From a virus (lineage: Duplodnaviria > Caudoviricetes), in the IMG/VR virus record IMGVR_UViG_3300030107_008096, positions 1-57,214 of that record: a stretch of 57,214 nucleotides of DNA; one strand, 5' to 3'. A program made the translations under genes and the position numbers. The first letter of the stretch is position 1; every line of letters begins with the position of its first letter. The notes under the pieces were generated by a model. It was not told the DNA's origin. It ran no database searches and saw only the letters and a list, made by a program, of their open reading frames with translations. Shown one piece after another: positions 8,938 to 16,361 of the stretch.

Positions 8938-9432
8938 ATGCAGCCTAATGATATTTTAATGAAGAAATGGTGTTTTGGGACTGGCCGAACTCGCGTACGC
9001 GAAGAAGCCCAAATGAATGAAAAAGGTGAACTCGAAACGTTTCGCACTTACCCCAAATATCGCACTATTGTTTTCAAAGTAGAAAAAGCCACAAAGAAAG
9101 GTGACCTGTGGCACGTTGAAGGAAAACAATACTCTTCCTTGAATGGCGCACCTAAAGCGACTAAATTAGTTTTGGATGAAAAGCAAGGCCTTTACCGCGT
9201 CCCCGGCCAAAAGCGGCCATTCCTTCAAATTCAAGATCCCGGCCTGCTGACTGAGGAGGGGATCCCACCCGTTGGAAGCCTCATTACAGTGAATAAAAAG
9301 CATGCTATTGTTACGGCTGTGGGGCGCAATGAGCTAACGGTATACCTCAACAACAAGATTCAGAAAATCGTCTGTCGCCCAGGCACAGTCAAGTGGCATT
9401 CGGACAAAATTTTAAAAAGCCTAGTCAAATAG
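8938..9432 (+). CDS. hypothetical protein with C-terminal KOW-like segment
   Basis: 164 aa; PPVGSLITV...AIVTAV. Confidence 0.6.
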   Translation: MQPNDILMKKWCFGTGRTRVREEAQMNEKGELETFRTYPKYRTIVFKVEKATKKGDLWHVEGKQYSSLNGAPKATKLVLDEKQGLYRVPGQKRPFLQIQDPGLLTEEGIPPVGSLITVNKKHAIVTAVGRNELTVYLNNKIQKIVCRPGTVKWHSDKILKSLVK

Positions 9433-9453
9433 TCAAGCCGACTATTTACTAAT

Positions 9454-9942
9454 GTGAAAGAAATATTAAAAAAATTTAAGAATTTACTTATCGAAAGCGA
9501 TTTATTGGGTTATACTAGTGGTGGTATGATAACTGTGTATCACTATAGTAAAAGCCCAGAAAAGGAACTTGTTTTAAATCCAAAGTATTTTATATCTAAT
9601 ACGAGCTACCACAGCCGTAGAGAGAAAGAAACAAGCACGGTTCCGAGAGTTTTCTTTTATACAGACCCGAACAAGACGGAAGCGATCATCGCGCGAGATC
9701 CTAGCAGAAAGCTATTTTCGACCCAAGTGCCGGCTTCAAAGGTCTATAACATCGCAAAAGACCCCGAAGGGTTTATCAAGAAAGTAAGACATCCCGTCTT
9801 TGGCCTCAGAAAAGGTATGGAGTGGAACGACCTACTTAACTCTATAAAAGAAAAATATGATGGTGTTTTTTACAGTATCGGTACGCCAGATGTCATTGCT
9901 TGGTTTAGACCAATTAAAGTTTATAGAACTGAAGAGGGGTAG
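9454..9942 (+). CDS. tagged protein, possible ADP-ribosyltransferase-like fold
   Basis: VYHYS...VFFYTD...YDGV pattern; late motif CTATTTAC at 9442. Confidence 0.5.
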   Translation: MKEILKKFKNLLIESDLLGYTSGGMITVYHYSKSPEKELVLNPKYFISNTSYHSRREKETSTVPRVFFYTDPNKTEAIIARDPSRKLFSTQVPASKVYNIAKDPEGFIKKVRHPVFGLRKGMEWNDLLNSIKEKYDGVFYSIGTPDVIAWFRPIKVYRTEEG

Positions 9943-9944
9943 AA

Positions 9945-10217
9945 ATGATCATTGGTAGCTTAGTTTGGAACCACTATCACGGGATTTTGCGGTTTGGCAC
10001 CATCACAAAGAAGATGATTGGAAGTGACGGTTGGGCATATTATCATGTCAATTGGCACTGTGATGATAACTACGAAAGGGCGATGAAGGAACGAGAAAGA
10101 TTCACGCACACGGATTACACACTTGAAAAATATAGACAAGACCAAATTCATACGTTTCCAGAAGAAAACTTTTTAGAGATAGCAAGCCTACTGCGCCCTG
10201 ACTCATCAAAAAAATAA
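9945..10217 (+). CDS. KOW/SH3-like small protein
   Basis: MIIGSLVW...GTIT...HVNW. Confidence 0.6.
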   Translation: MIIGSLVWNHYHGILRFGTITKKMIGSDGWAYYHVNWHCDDNYERAMKERERFTHTDYTLEKYRQDQIHTFPEENFLEIASLLRPDSSKK

Positions 10218-10244
10218 ATCTCCACAAAAAAATATTTAATTTAC

Positions 10245-10273
10245 TTGACTTCTCATTATTCTCATGCTATAGT
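10245..10273 (+). promoter_or_regulatory. sigma70-type promoter (leaderless transcript likely)
   Basis: TTGACT-17-TATAGT with TG extension; ATG 6 nt after the -10. Confidence 0.7.
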
Positions 10274-10279
10274 GTGTAC

Positions 10280-10438
10280 ATGCGAAAGAATGATAAAGTA
10301 GAATATATAGAGAAACCACTGTCCTCCACTACCGGAATTATCCGCGAAGTGAAGGGTAGAAAGTGGGTGACAGTAGAGTGGTCAGACGGCGTAATTCACG
10401 ATGAACATATCAACGATTTGAAGGTTGTGACAAAATGA
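10280..10438 (+). CDS. KOW/SH3-like microprotein
   Basis: Hand-translated MRKNDKVEY...GIIREV...TVEWSDG...DLKVVTK. Confidence 0.7.
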   Translation: MRKNDKVEYIEKPLSSTTGIIREVKGRKWVTVEWSDGVIHDEHINDLKVVTK

Positions 10439-10671
10439 AAGTCGGTGATTTGGCAGTGATCGTACACCCTTCGTATGATTTTGGCGACAGCCAACTGATC
10501 ACAGAGGCCTGGACCTATGGCTGGCCCGTTTTGATATTAAAGGAAGGCTGTATTGAACATTCAGACGGCAAGGACGAGGAGACAGTTTTAATCCAGCTTG
10601 GTAAAAAAACTACATGGATCCTCAAGCGCGATTTGGAAGTTGTGGATGAAAAGGAAAGTGAAGATGTTTAA
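10435..10671 (+). CDS. KOW/SH3-like microprotein
   Basis: MKVGDLAVI...DLEVV. Confidence 0.7.
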   Translation: MKVGDLAVIVHPSYDFGDSQLITEAWTYGWPVLILKEGCIEHSDGKDEETVLIQLGKKTTWILKRDLEVVDEKESEDV

Positions 10672-10843
10672 AATTGGAGACAAGGTTAAAATTTTGAAGA
10701 GAAGCGATGACTACGGCAAGGTCGGGAAAATTACCATTTTGCAAGACTACGGAAGTGGGCTGCAAATTGCGCGCGTAGCCTTTAGTTCCAAATATTATGA
10801 TTATGTTGACGTCACCAGTTTAAGCTTGAAGAAGGTGAAATAG
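10664..10843 (+). CDS. KOW/SH3-like microprotein
   Basis: MFKIGDKVKIL...GKVGKIT (classic KOW pattern). Confidence 0.7.
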   Translation: MFKIGDKVKILKRSDDYGKVGKITILQDYGSGLQIARVAFSSKYYDYVDVTSLSLKKVK

Positions 10844-10847
10844 TTTT

Positions 10848-11048
10848 ATGAAAGTTGGCGATCTAGTTGAGCTTTCCGCTAAGGGGAGAAAATTGTGGTA
10901 CTGCAAATTTGCTAAAGATAAAATTGGCATTGTGGTGGAAATAAAATCAAAGGAACACTGTATGTATCCCGTTCGCGTTCGCTGGTTTACAGGAAAGCCC
11001 TACGCGCGGCATTTGCGCTCTAGTTTGAAATTTGTTTCAAAAGCTTAG
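10848..11048 (+). CDS. KOW/SH3-like microprotein
   Basis: MKVGDLVEL...GIVVEI...VRWF...LKFV. Confidence 0.75.
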   Translation: MKVGDLVELSAKGRKLWYCKFAKDKIGIVVEIKSKEHCMYPVRVRWFTGKPYARHLRSSLKFVSKA

Positions 11049-11094
11049 GCTTTGACCGCGACAATACATCCAGGCGTCAACAAAGGGTGCTACA

Positions 11095-11274
11095 ATGAAT
11101 GTCGGAGATTTGGTTAAAATAGATGATAATCACGACGGGATGAAGGGAAAGCTAGCGCTAGTGATTCAAACACTCCCATCCACAGCCGAGGTGGTTGTTC
11201 AGTGTGTCGAGAGCGACACCCCTTGGATTTTTCAATTAGACCAGCTAATGCTGGTAAGCGAGGTAAGAAAATGA
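11095..11274 (+). CDS. KOW/SH3-like microprotein
   Basis: Hand-translated MNVGDLVKIDD...GKLALVI...QLMLV. Confidence 0.7.
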   Translation: MNVGDLVKIDDNHDGMKGKLALVIQTLPSTAEVVVQCVESDTPWIFQLDQLMLVSEVRK

Positions 11275-11768
11275 ATTCTTGTTTAAAGGCGTCTCTTGGC
11301 AAAGTCCCTCCACACTGGAACTCCGAATCGAAAATTTATGGGGAGGCCTGCGAATTTTGGATCTCTGATCACTACGGTTGCCCAGTTTGTTGTGATGGAA
11401 AATTAACAAAGCTAACAGCAAATGAAAAGTCTATTGATCACCAGTGCGCTAGCTGTGGCGAACTTTTTCAAGTAAAGGCGCATAAAAGGTCTTTTGAAAA
11501 GCGTGACGGAAGTATTGGTTTTGTTGGCGCAGAATATAATACAACTATCTCTTCTCTTGAGAAAGAAAAGAAATGGAATCTAATTCTGGTTGAGTATAAC
11601 AAAGAATTGGGCCGGATTAAAGGAGTTGCGACGATTTTAAAAGAAAATATTACAAAAGATAATATTATTCCGAGGAACCCCTTAAGCAAGAATGCAAGGC
11701 GAGCAGGCTGGCAGGGTTGTAATTTTAAATTTAATAAAAGTGTTGTCAATTTTATTTCAAAAGCCTAA
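11271..11768 (+). CDS. DpnI / Dam-replacing-family endonuclease domain
   Basis: CPVC and CASC Zn sites, D..QVK catalytic variant, GAEY and PLSKNARRAGWQGC signature. Confidence 0.75.
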   Translation: MNSCLKASLGKVPPHWNSESKIYGEACEFWISDHYGCPVCCDGKLTKLTANEKSIDHQCASCGELFQVKAHKRSFEKRDGSIGFVGAEYNTTISSLEKEKKWNLILVEYNKELGRIKGVATILKENITKDNIIPRNPLSKNARRAGWQGCNFKFNKSVVNFISKA

Positions 11769-11820
11769 AAATTGGCATGTTCATTGCAACGTATATAAGC
11801 ACTGACAAAAGGAGAAAAAT

Positions 11821-12396
11821 ATGTCAATTTGTATATTGTTCATTTTACTTAATGGTTCCGCATACGTAACGCCAGCCTGTCTCGATAGTTATGGATTTTC
11901 ACACGACAACCACGACATGGTAACACCACACAGTGTGGCGTTTGTACAACAACTCCCATATTGGCACGATGAGGTACTGTATGAGAGCCCAGATTATTAT
12001 TTGGATTATTACTGGAGTGCAAGAGAAGATTATTGTGGGCACAACTCAATGTATGGCCCGTCTGTGGGCGAATTACACGCAGCCGGATCTTGGGGTCCCG
12101 CCTGGTCGTTCTGGCACCCACCTCGCTGGCACACGCGAACGAAGTGTCTTGCGCCGCTGTACACAGCAAGCGTACATTATCACAGAGTCCCCTATCGAGT
12201 CCGTAATGGGTTTAAAAAACGCTTGTCCCACTATAAAAGGTATAAGAGAGCAAAGCGCGCGCATCGACACTACAGTAACAGCGGCAAGCGATGGAAAAAG
12301 CCCAAGCGGTATAAGAAGTATAAGAAAAAGGCGACGAAACCTTTACCAGCATACAACGAAAATCGTCGCATAAAAAGAAATTTCCGCAAAAGATAA
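11821..12396 (+). CDS. secreted-type protein with Tyr/His-rich middle and basic tail
   Basis: GGAG SD, hydrophobic N-terminus, Lys/Arg-rich C-terminus. Confidence 0.6.
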   Translation: MSICILFILLNGSAYVTPACLDSYGFSHDNHDMVTPHSVAFVQQLPYWHDEVLYESPDYYLDYYWSAREDYCGHNSMYGPSVGELHAAGSWGPAWSFWHPPRWHTRTKCLAPLYTASVHYHRVPYRVRNGFKKRLSHYKRYKRAKRAHRHYSNSGKRWKKPKRYKKYKKKATKPLPAYNENRRIKRNFRKR

Positions 12397-12432
12397 AAAG
12401 TTCTTGACATTCTCTTTAACATCTGAGATAAT
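12394..12432 (+). promoter_or_regulatory. repeated early promoter cassette
   Basis: AAAAAGTTCTTGACA-17-GATAAT. Confidence 0.8.
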
Positions 12433-12443
12433 TACAACAGATA

Positions 12444-13112
12444 ATGAGAGGAACCCCAATGAGCCCCGACATGCTAGATCGATTGACACAGGCACGAGAG
12501 AGATCAGACTTATTGTCCGACTGGGAAAATGGGTTTGTCGAAAGCTTGGCTAGCCAATACGACAAGCTTAGCAATCTGTCACCACGCCAAGTTGAGATTT
12601 TTGAGCGCATTGAATCACAAAAGCTATCCACTAGTGCGCAAGAGGCACGCCAGCAATGGAACGAACAATACGACAATAAGAAGCGCCGCACTGCGCGTAT
12701 ATGCGCTCAATACTACTTGTCCATTGGTTACTTTACAAATTTGGCCACCAATGTGTTAGAGAAGCCAGGGTTTATTCCCTCCGAGAAAGCCTGGAAAAAA
12801 ATGTGCGAGAACAAGTACGCAAAAAAAGTTCTTGAAACTCATGATGCTGCCCCAAAATATGAAGTTGGGTCTCTCGTAACTTTTCGGACTACTGCTGACT
12901 GGGCTCATCGAGTCACGGCAGGCGATAAGCCATGCGTTGTGATCACAGTGGGCACACTAGTCAGGAGTGCTGCCAAAGGAGCAAAGCCATACGAGGTTCT
13001 GCCCTTTGGTGCTCAAAAAACGATTTTATGCGAAGAACGCCATCTCAAGGTATACCGGAAAAGCAAGAAGGCAAAAAAGCCAACAACTGAGTCCAATGAC
13101 GTACCTTTTTGA
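12444..13112 (+). CDS. early hypothetical protein with C-terminal KOW-like domain
   Basis: 222 aa; YEVGSLVTF...ERHLKV. Confidence 0.7.
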   Translation: MRGTPMSPDMLDRLTQARERSDLLSDWENGFVESLASQYDKLSNLSPRQVEIFERIESQKLSTSAQEARQQWNEQYDNKKRRTARICAQYYLSIGYFTNLATNVLEKPGFIPSEKAWKKMCENKYAKKVLETHDAAPKYEVGSLVTFRTTADWAHRVTAGDKPCVVITVGTLVRSAAKGAKPYEVLPFGAQKTILCEERHLKVYRKSKKAKKPTTESNDVPF

Positions 13113-13135
13113 CAATCACAAAACAAAGGAAAACC

Positions 13136-13321
13136 ATGCTTGAATTTACTACAGATATCATCCGGTACGAGAACGGAGAAATGAACCACGACGAAGCCGT
13201 GGAGTTTTTCCAGAGGCTCATTGACTCAGGCCTTTGCTGGCAGCTTCAGGGCCACTACGGGCGCACAGCAAAAGGCTTAATTGACGAAGGGATGTGCAGT
13301 GAGCAATCGCGACCACTTTAA
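13136..13321 (+). CDS. small phage hypothetical protein
   Basis: AAGGA SD; FQRLIDSGLCWQLQGHYGRTA. Confidence 0.75.
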   Translation: MLEFTTDIIRYENGEMNHDEAVEFFQRLIDSGLCWQLQGHYGRTAKGLIDEGMCSEQSRPL

Positions 13322-13334
13322 ATTTAAAAAAATA

Positions 13335-13373
13335 AAAAAAGTTCTTGACATTCGCTTCAATATCTGAGATAAT
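13335..13373 (+). promoter_or_regulatory. repeated early promoter cassette driving array block 1
   Basis: AAAAAAGTTCTTGACA-17-GATAAT. Confidence 0.8.
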
Positions 13374-13401
13374 GTATCCAAGAAATCAAAAGAGGTGATA
13401 A

Positions 13402-13581
13402 ATGCAAATCGGTGATTTGGTTGTGAGAACATACGGAGAAGGTGAGCGGCCAACGGGATTGATTGTAGGGTGGAAAAACCCGGAAATTTGGGTAAATACA
13501 CCCATGGTAAAATGGTTGGGCACGGGACACGTGACCGAGTTTAGCGGGAAACACTTGGAGGTAATCAGTGCAAGTCGGTGA
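13402..13581 (+). CDS. array cassette 1, KOW/SH3-like microprotein
   Basis: MQIGDLVVRTY...GLIVGW...MVKWLG...HLEVISASR. Confidence 0.85.
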   Translation: MQIGDLVVRTYGEGERPTGLIVGWKNPEIWVNTPMVKWLGTGHVTEFSGKHLEVISASR

Positions 13582-13735
13582 TTTAGTAAGGTTTCGCCAA
13601 CAACCTGACCCAGCTACAGGCGTCATTGTTGACATTGATAAATTTGGTCGTTTGGGAATCTTGTGGAACTTCTTAAACGGACAAATCGGCTATAATCACA
13701 GGGGTGATGTGGAGGTCATCAATGCAAGTCGGTGA
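13568..13735 (+). CDS. array cassette 2, KOW/SH3-like microprotein
   Basis: GTG start; MQVGDLVRFRQ...GVIVDI...GILW...DVEVINASR. Confidence 0.85.
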   Translation: MQVGDLVRFRQQPDPATGVIVDIDKFGRLGILWNFLNGQIGYNHRGDVEVINASR

Positions 13736-13907
13736 TTTGGTTACTTTAGACTCGGGACGCGACACTACACTAACGGGCATCGTCTTGAAAGTGGACGAGA
13801 GTCAAAAAGTGGGCGCGCAAGCCTTCCCCTATTTTGTTTCGTGGAGCACCGGTGAAACGGATTGGATGCGGAAAGAGTTCTTGGAGGTGATCAGTGCAAG
13901 TCGGTGA
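13722..13907 (+). CDS. array cassette 3, KOW/SH3-like microprotein
   Basis: MQVGDLVTLD...GIVLKV...FVSW...FLEVISASR. Confidence 0.85.
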   Translation: MQVGDLVTLDSGRDTTLTGIVLKVDESQKVGAQAFPYFVSWSTGETDWMRKEFLEVISASR

Positions 13908-14061
13908 TTTAGTAGGACATAGATTTGAGAATGGCTTAGGTGTGATATTAGAAACACCAGAGCAAACGAACAACGGCGATTATTTGGTGCATTTCACTAA
14001 CCAGCGGAAGCCGGGATATTATCGCGCGAAATACTTGGAGCTATACAATGCAGTTTCCTGA
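13894..14061 (+). CDS. array cassette 4, KOW/SH3-like microprotein
   Basis: MQVGDLVGHR...GVILE...LVHF...YLELYNAVS. Confidence 0.85.
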   Translation: MQVGDLVGHRFENGLGVILETPEQTNNGDYLVHFTNQRKPGYYRAKYLELYNAVS

Positions 14062-14296
14062 GAACAATGAAAAGAACCGTCGCGAACTAGCTAGCAAATT
14101 TATAAGCACGTGGAGCGTGGAAGACTTGCGCGATTACGTTGCAGCAGAGCTTACCGACAATTTTAAGCACGACGAAGGGGAATTTGAGGCGGTTTGGTCC
14201 GACTTTAAAGATTCATTTGAGTGGTCGGAAGAACTTCGCGAGAGTTTAAAAAAAGACTGTCCTAATCCCGGCTGTTATTGTGGAGCTTGCGACTGA
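14048..14296 (+). CDS. acidic hypothetical protein with CPNPGCYCGAC tail
   Basis: Coupled to cassette 4 through a degenerate half-repeat with the same 14-nt overlap. Confidence 0.75.
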   Translation: MQFPENNEKNRRELASKFISTWSVEDLRDYVAAELTDNFKHDEGEFEAVWSDFKDSFEWSEELRESLKKDCPNPGCYCGACD

Positions 14297-14430
14297 TGTG
14301 GGTTTATTATCAAAATGTGACAATGGGGCCATTTCAATTCTCTGAAGAGGCCGCATTGTTTGCTGGCTTAACGCTGCTGACTGCTTTTTTCGTCATATTG
14401 CCCTCCTACATAGAAAAAAACAAAGATTGA
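14296..14430 (+). CDS. small membrane peptide
   Basis: Hand-translated, 44 aa, one hydrophobic helix; TGATG coupling. Confidence 0.5.
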   Translation: MWVYYQNVTMGPFQFSEEAALFAGLTLLTAFFVILPSYIEKNKD

Positions 14431-14433
14431 TAA

Positions 14434-14471
14434 GAAAAAGACTTGACAAACTCACAAATCTGTGAGACAAT
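14434..14471 (+). promoter_or_regulatory. repeated early promoter cassette driving array block 2
   Basis: AAAAGACTTGACA-17-GACAAT followed by ACCCATAGAAACAGTC. Confidence 0.75.
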
Positions 14472-14503
14472 ACCCATAGAAACAGTCAAGAAGGGATATT
14501 AAA

Positions 14504-14665
14504 ATGAACAGCATGCAAGTCGGTGATTTAGTGCAGCAGGTTAGTTGGGATGGAATTGGTATCATCACCAAGATCCTGCCTTACAATGGTTTCTATGTTT
14601 GGTTTCCTGACGGGGAGTATCGCTTGGACGGTGACATATTGAAGGTAGTCAATGCAAGTCGGTGA
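14504..14665 (+). CDS. array cassette 5, KOW/SH3-like microprotein
   Basis: (MNS)MQVGDLVQQV...GIITKI...YVWF...ILKVVNASR. Confidence 0.85.
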   Translation: MNSMQVGDLVQQVSWDGIGIITKILPYNGFYVWFPDGEYRLDGDILKVVNASR

Positions 14666-14834
14666 TTTGGTTAAATATGTGGGCAGTCCGTCGAAAAACT
14701 CAGGCATCAACCACCACGGCATCGCAACAAAAATAGAGTTCGGTGGTCGTAAAGTGTGGTATTATCAGCTAGATAGTGGCGAACTTTCGTGGAGTTCATC
14801 TTTAAACTTGGAGGTTATCAGTGCAAGTCGGTGA
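14652..14834 (+). CDS. array cassette 6, KOW/SH3-like microprotein
   Basis: MQVGDLVKYV...GIATKI...NLEVISASR. Confidence 0.85.
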   Translation: MQVGDLVKYVGSPSKNSGINHHGIATKIEFGGRKVWYYQLDSGELSWSSSLNLEVISASR

Positions 14835-15021
14835 TTTGGTTAAAATCGTAGCCAAAGATTTGCGTACTCCAGTCGGAAGCCTTGCGCTGGTCACTCGCAT
14901 CGACATCAAAGAGGATTCACGCGGCAAGTACGGAAAGTGCTGGGCGCGCATGGTCAACTCAGGACATTTGTTTTGGTTTCATCCTGAATATTTGGAGGTT
15001 ATCAGCAGTGCAGGTCGGTGA
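14821..15021 (+). CDS. array cassette 7, KOW/SH3-like microprotein
   Basis: MQVGDLVKIV...ALVTRI...YLEVISSAGR. Confidence 0.85.
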   Translation: MQVGDLVKIVAKDLRTPVGSLALVTRIDIKEDSRGKYGKCWARMVNSGHLFWFHPEYLEVISSAGR

Positions 15022-15175
15022 TTTAGTAAAGTTCAAAGATAATGACGCAATAGGGTTGATTGTGAGTAGAAGCAACAATTCGCACAAAAAAGGTTTATTT
15101 CAAATTAAGTGGTTCGACGGTCACGTCAATTTCCGTCACGGTGATGAGTTGGAGGTAATCAGTGCAAGTCGGTGA
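15008..15175 (+). CDS. array cassette 8, KOW/SH3-like microprotein
   Basis: MQVGDLVKFKD...GLIVS...QIKWFDG...ELEVISASR. Confidence 0.85.
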   Translation: MQVGDLVKFKDNDAIGLIVSRSNNSHKKGLFQIKWFDGHVNFRHGDELEVISASR

Positions 15176-15326
15176 TTTAGTAAAATTTCGTGGCAGCGTT
15201 GGCGTTGTCACTTGTGTCGACCCCGAAGAGATAGGCGATCCCCAAGAGGTAGAAGTTTCTTGGAGCGAAGGCGATATTGGGAACATGGATTGTATTTTGT
15301 TGGAGGTAATCAGTGCAAGTCGGTGA
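15162..15326 (+). CDS. array cassette 9, KOW/SH3-like microprotein
   Basis: MQVGDLVKFRG..GVVTCV...EVSWSEG...LLEVISASR. Confidence 0.85.
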   Translation: MQVGDLVKFRGSVGVVTCVDPEEIGDPQEVEVSWSEGDIGNMDCILLEVISASR

Positions 15327-15534
15327 TTTTGTAACGCTTAAAAAAGATAGAACCATAGTCGGCTGCGTAGTTAAAATTGCGAAAGAGCCCCGAACCCGTC
15401 AAGCCGGTGGCCGCAGCCAGCGCAAACACCCTCTCCCTGTTTGGGTTGCGTGGGCCGCACTAGATGGCGAAGTCCAACAAGAGTATAGACACACTCTGGA
15501 GGTTGTCAGTGATGCAAGTAGGCGACTTAGTTAG
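15313..15534 (+). CDS. array cassette 10, KOW/SH3-like microprotein
   Basis: MQVGDFVTLK...GCVVKI...WVAW...TLEVVSDASRRLS. Confidence 0.85.
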   Translation: MQVGDFVTLKKDRTIVGCVVKIAKEPRTRQAGGRSQRKHPLPVWVAWAALDGEVQQEYRHTLEVVSDASRRLS

Positions 15535-15670
15535 ACAAAGGTTCAACCCGCAAGGCGCTTGGCTAGTAACCAAAATTGTCGATACCGGCTGGTTCCTGGC
15601 TAATGGTCACGGGAACGGTTGGCTGCGAATGTCAGAATACGAGGTAATAAGTGAAAGACAAGAGCGATAG
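15512..15670 (+). CDS. array cassette 11, KOW/SH3-like microprotein
   Basis: MQVGDLVRQR...WLVTKI...EYEVISERQER. Confidence 0.8.
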   Translation: MQVGDLVRQRFNPQGAWLVTKIVDTGWFLANGHGNGWLRMSEYEVISERQER

Positions 15671-15887
15671 ATGGCCCGAAGTTGGCGACTTATTGATCCA
15701 CACATACTCTGGCAAACACTGCCAAGGACTCATTACCGAAGTTGCGAGCGGGAAAGGGTTTGGCTCAGCGCGCGTCTTCGTAAAATGGGCAGCCAATAAT
15801 GCTCCCTATGATTATTTTGACACACATGGCTATTCGGCTGTCAATATTCATAATTCTTTTAACTCATTTAAATTGGTGAAAGCGTGA
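15651..15887 (+). CDS. diverged terminal KOW/SH3-like cassette
   Basis: PEVGDLLIH...GLITEV...FVKW; GAGGT SD. Confidence 0.75.
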   Translation: MKDKSDRWPEVGDLLIHTYSGKHCQGLITEVASGKGFGSARVFVKWAANNAPYDYFDTHGYSAVNIHNSFNSFKLVKA

Positions 15888-16180
15888 AGTTAAACAAAGA
15901 AATTGTCTGTAAAGATGGCTTTACAATGAGCGTTCAGGCGCATTATGCCGCGTATTGTAGCCCACGGATTGATGATGCTCCAAGATACACAGCAGTCGAG
16001 ATCGGCTATCCATCACGTCCAGAACCCTTGTTGCTAGGATGGGCAGAGAATGAAGATCAGCCAACTAACACAGTTTATGGTTACGTCCCCGTGGCTATGG
16101 TGTCGATGGTTTGTGCCAAACACGGCGGCGTTGTCTCGGGTGATTTACCACCTGGAATTGCTCGATTGGAAGCAGTTTAA
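15884..16180 (+). CDS. phage hypothetical protein
   Basis: CKDGFTMSVQA..YCSPR..VEIGYPS..TVYGYVP. Confidence 0.75.
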   Translation: MKLNKEIVCKDGFTMSVQAHYAAYCSPRIDDAPRYTAVEIGYPSRPEPLLLGWAENEDQPTNTVYGYVPVAMVSMVCAKHGGVVSGDLPPGIARLEAV

Positions 16181-16200
16181 AAAAATAATACATTTTTCTC

Positions 16201-16229
16201 TTGACATCTGACTTAAAGTGTGGGATACT
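16201..16229 (+). promoter_or_regulatory. early-type promoter
   Basis: TTGACA-17-GATACT. Confidence 0.7.
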
Positions 16230-16235
16230 ATATTC

Positions 16236-16345
16236 ACAGTGGGAGACACGGACGAGATAAGGTGTCGAATGGGCAGTTTGGTCGTTGCGTAAGCGTTTAG
16301 GTCGTGTCTAGTGCGAGGAAGATGGGAACCTCACACATTTTTTTT
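16236..16345 (+). ncRNA. candidate small structured RNA or attenuator leader
   Basis: Non-coding and G-rich; stems AGACACG/CGTGTCT and GTGCGAGG/CCTCACAC followed by T8. Confidence 0.5.
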
Positions 16346-16361
16346 GAAGAAGGATTAATAT

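Larger units (their letters stand above)
13391..15531 (+). repeat. 33-bp direct-repeat array TTGGAGGTnATCAGTGCAAGTCGGTGATTTrGT delimiting microprotein cassettes
   Basis: Copies start at 13555, 13709, 13881, 14639, 14808, 14992 (+3 nt), 15149, 15300 and 15496 (+3 nt); half copies at 13391-13422, 14035 and 14513; period 151-196 bp. Confidence 0.95.

Noticed and set aside
13555-15531. CRISPR array
   Set aside because: Repeat length fits, but spacers are ~120-165 bp, each is an open frame of one protein family, the repeat holds an SD, start and stop, and no cas operon is adjacent
14882-15670. Extended ORF-track starts at 14882 and 15464 (also 13704, 10598, 11202)
   Set aside because: True starts are the SD-preceded codons inside the repeat or junction
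13391-15887. Classical integron or diversity-generating retroelement
   Set aside because: No integrase or reverse transcriptase in the window, no attC-type long palindromes, and no TR/VR pair differing only at adenines
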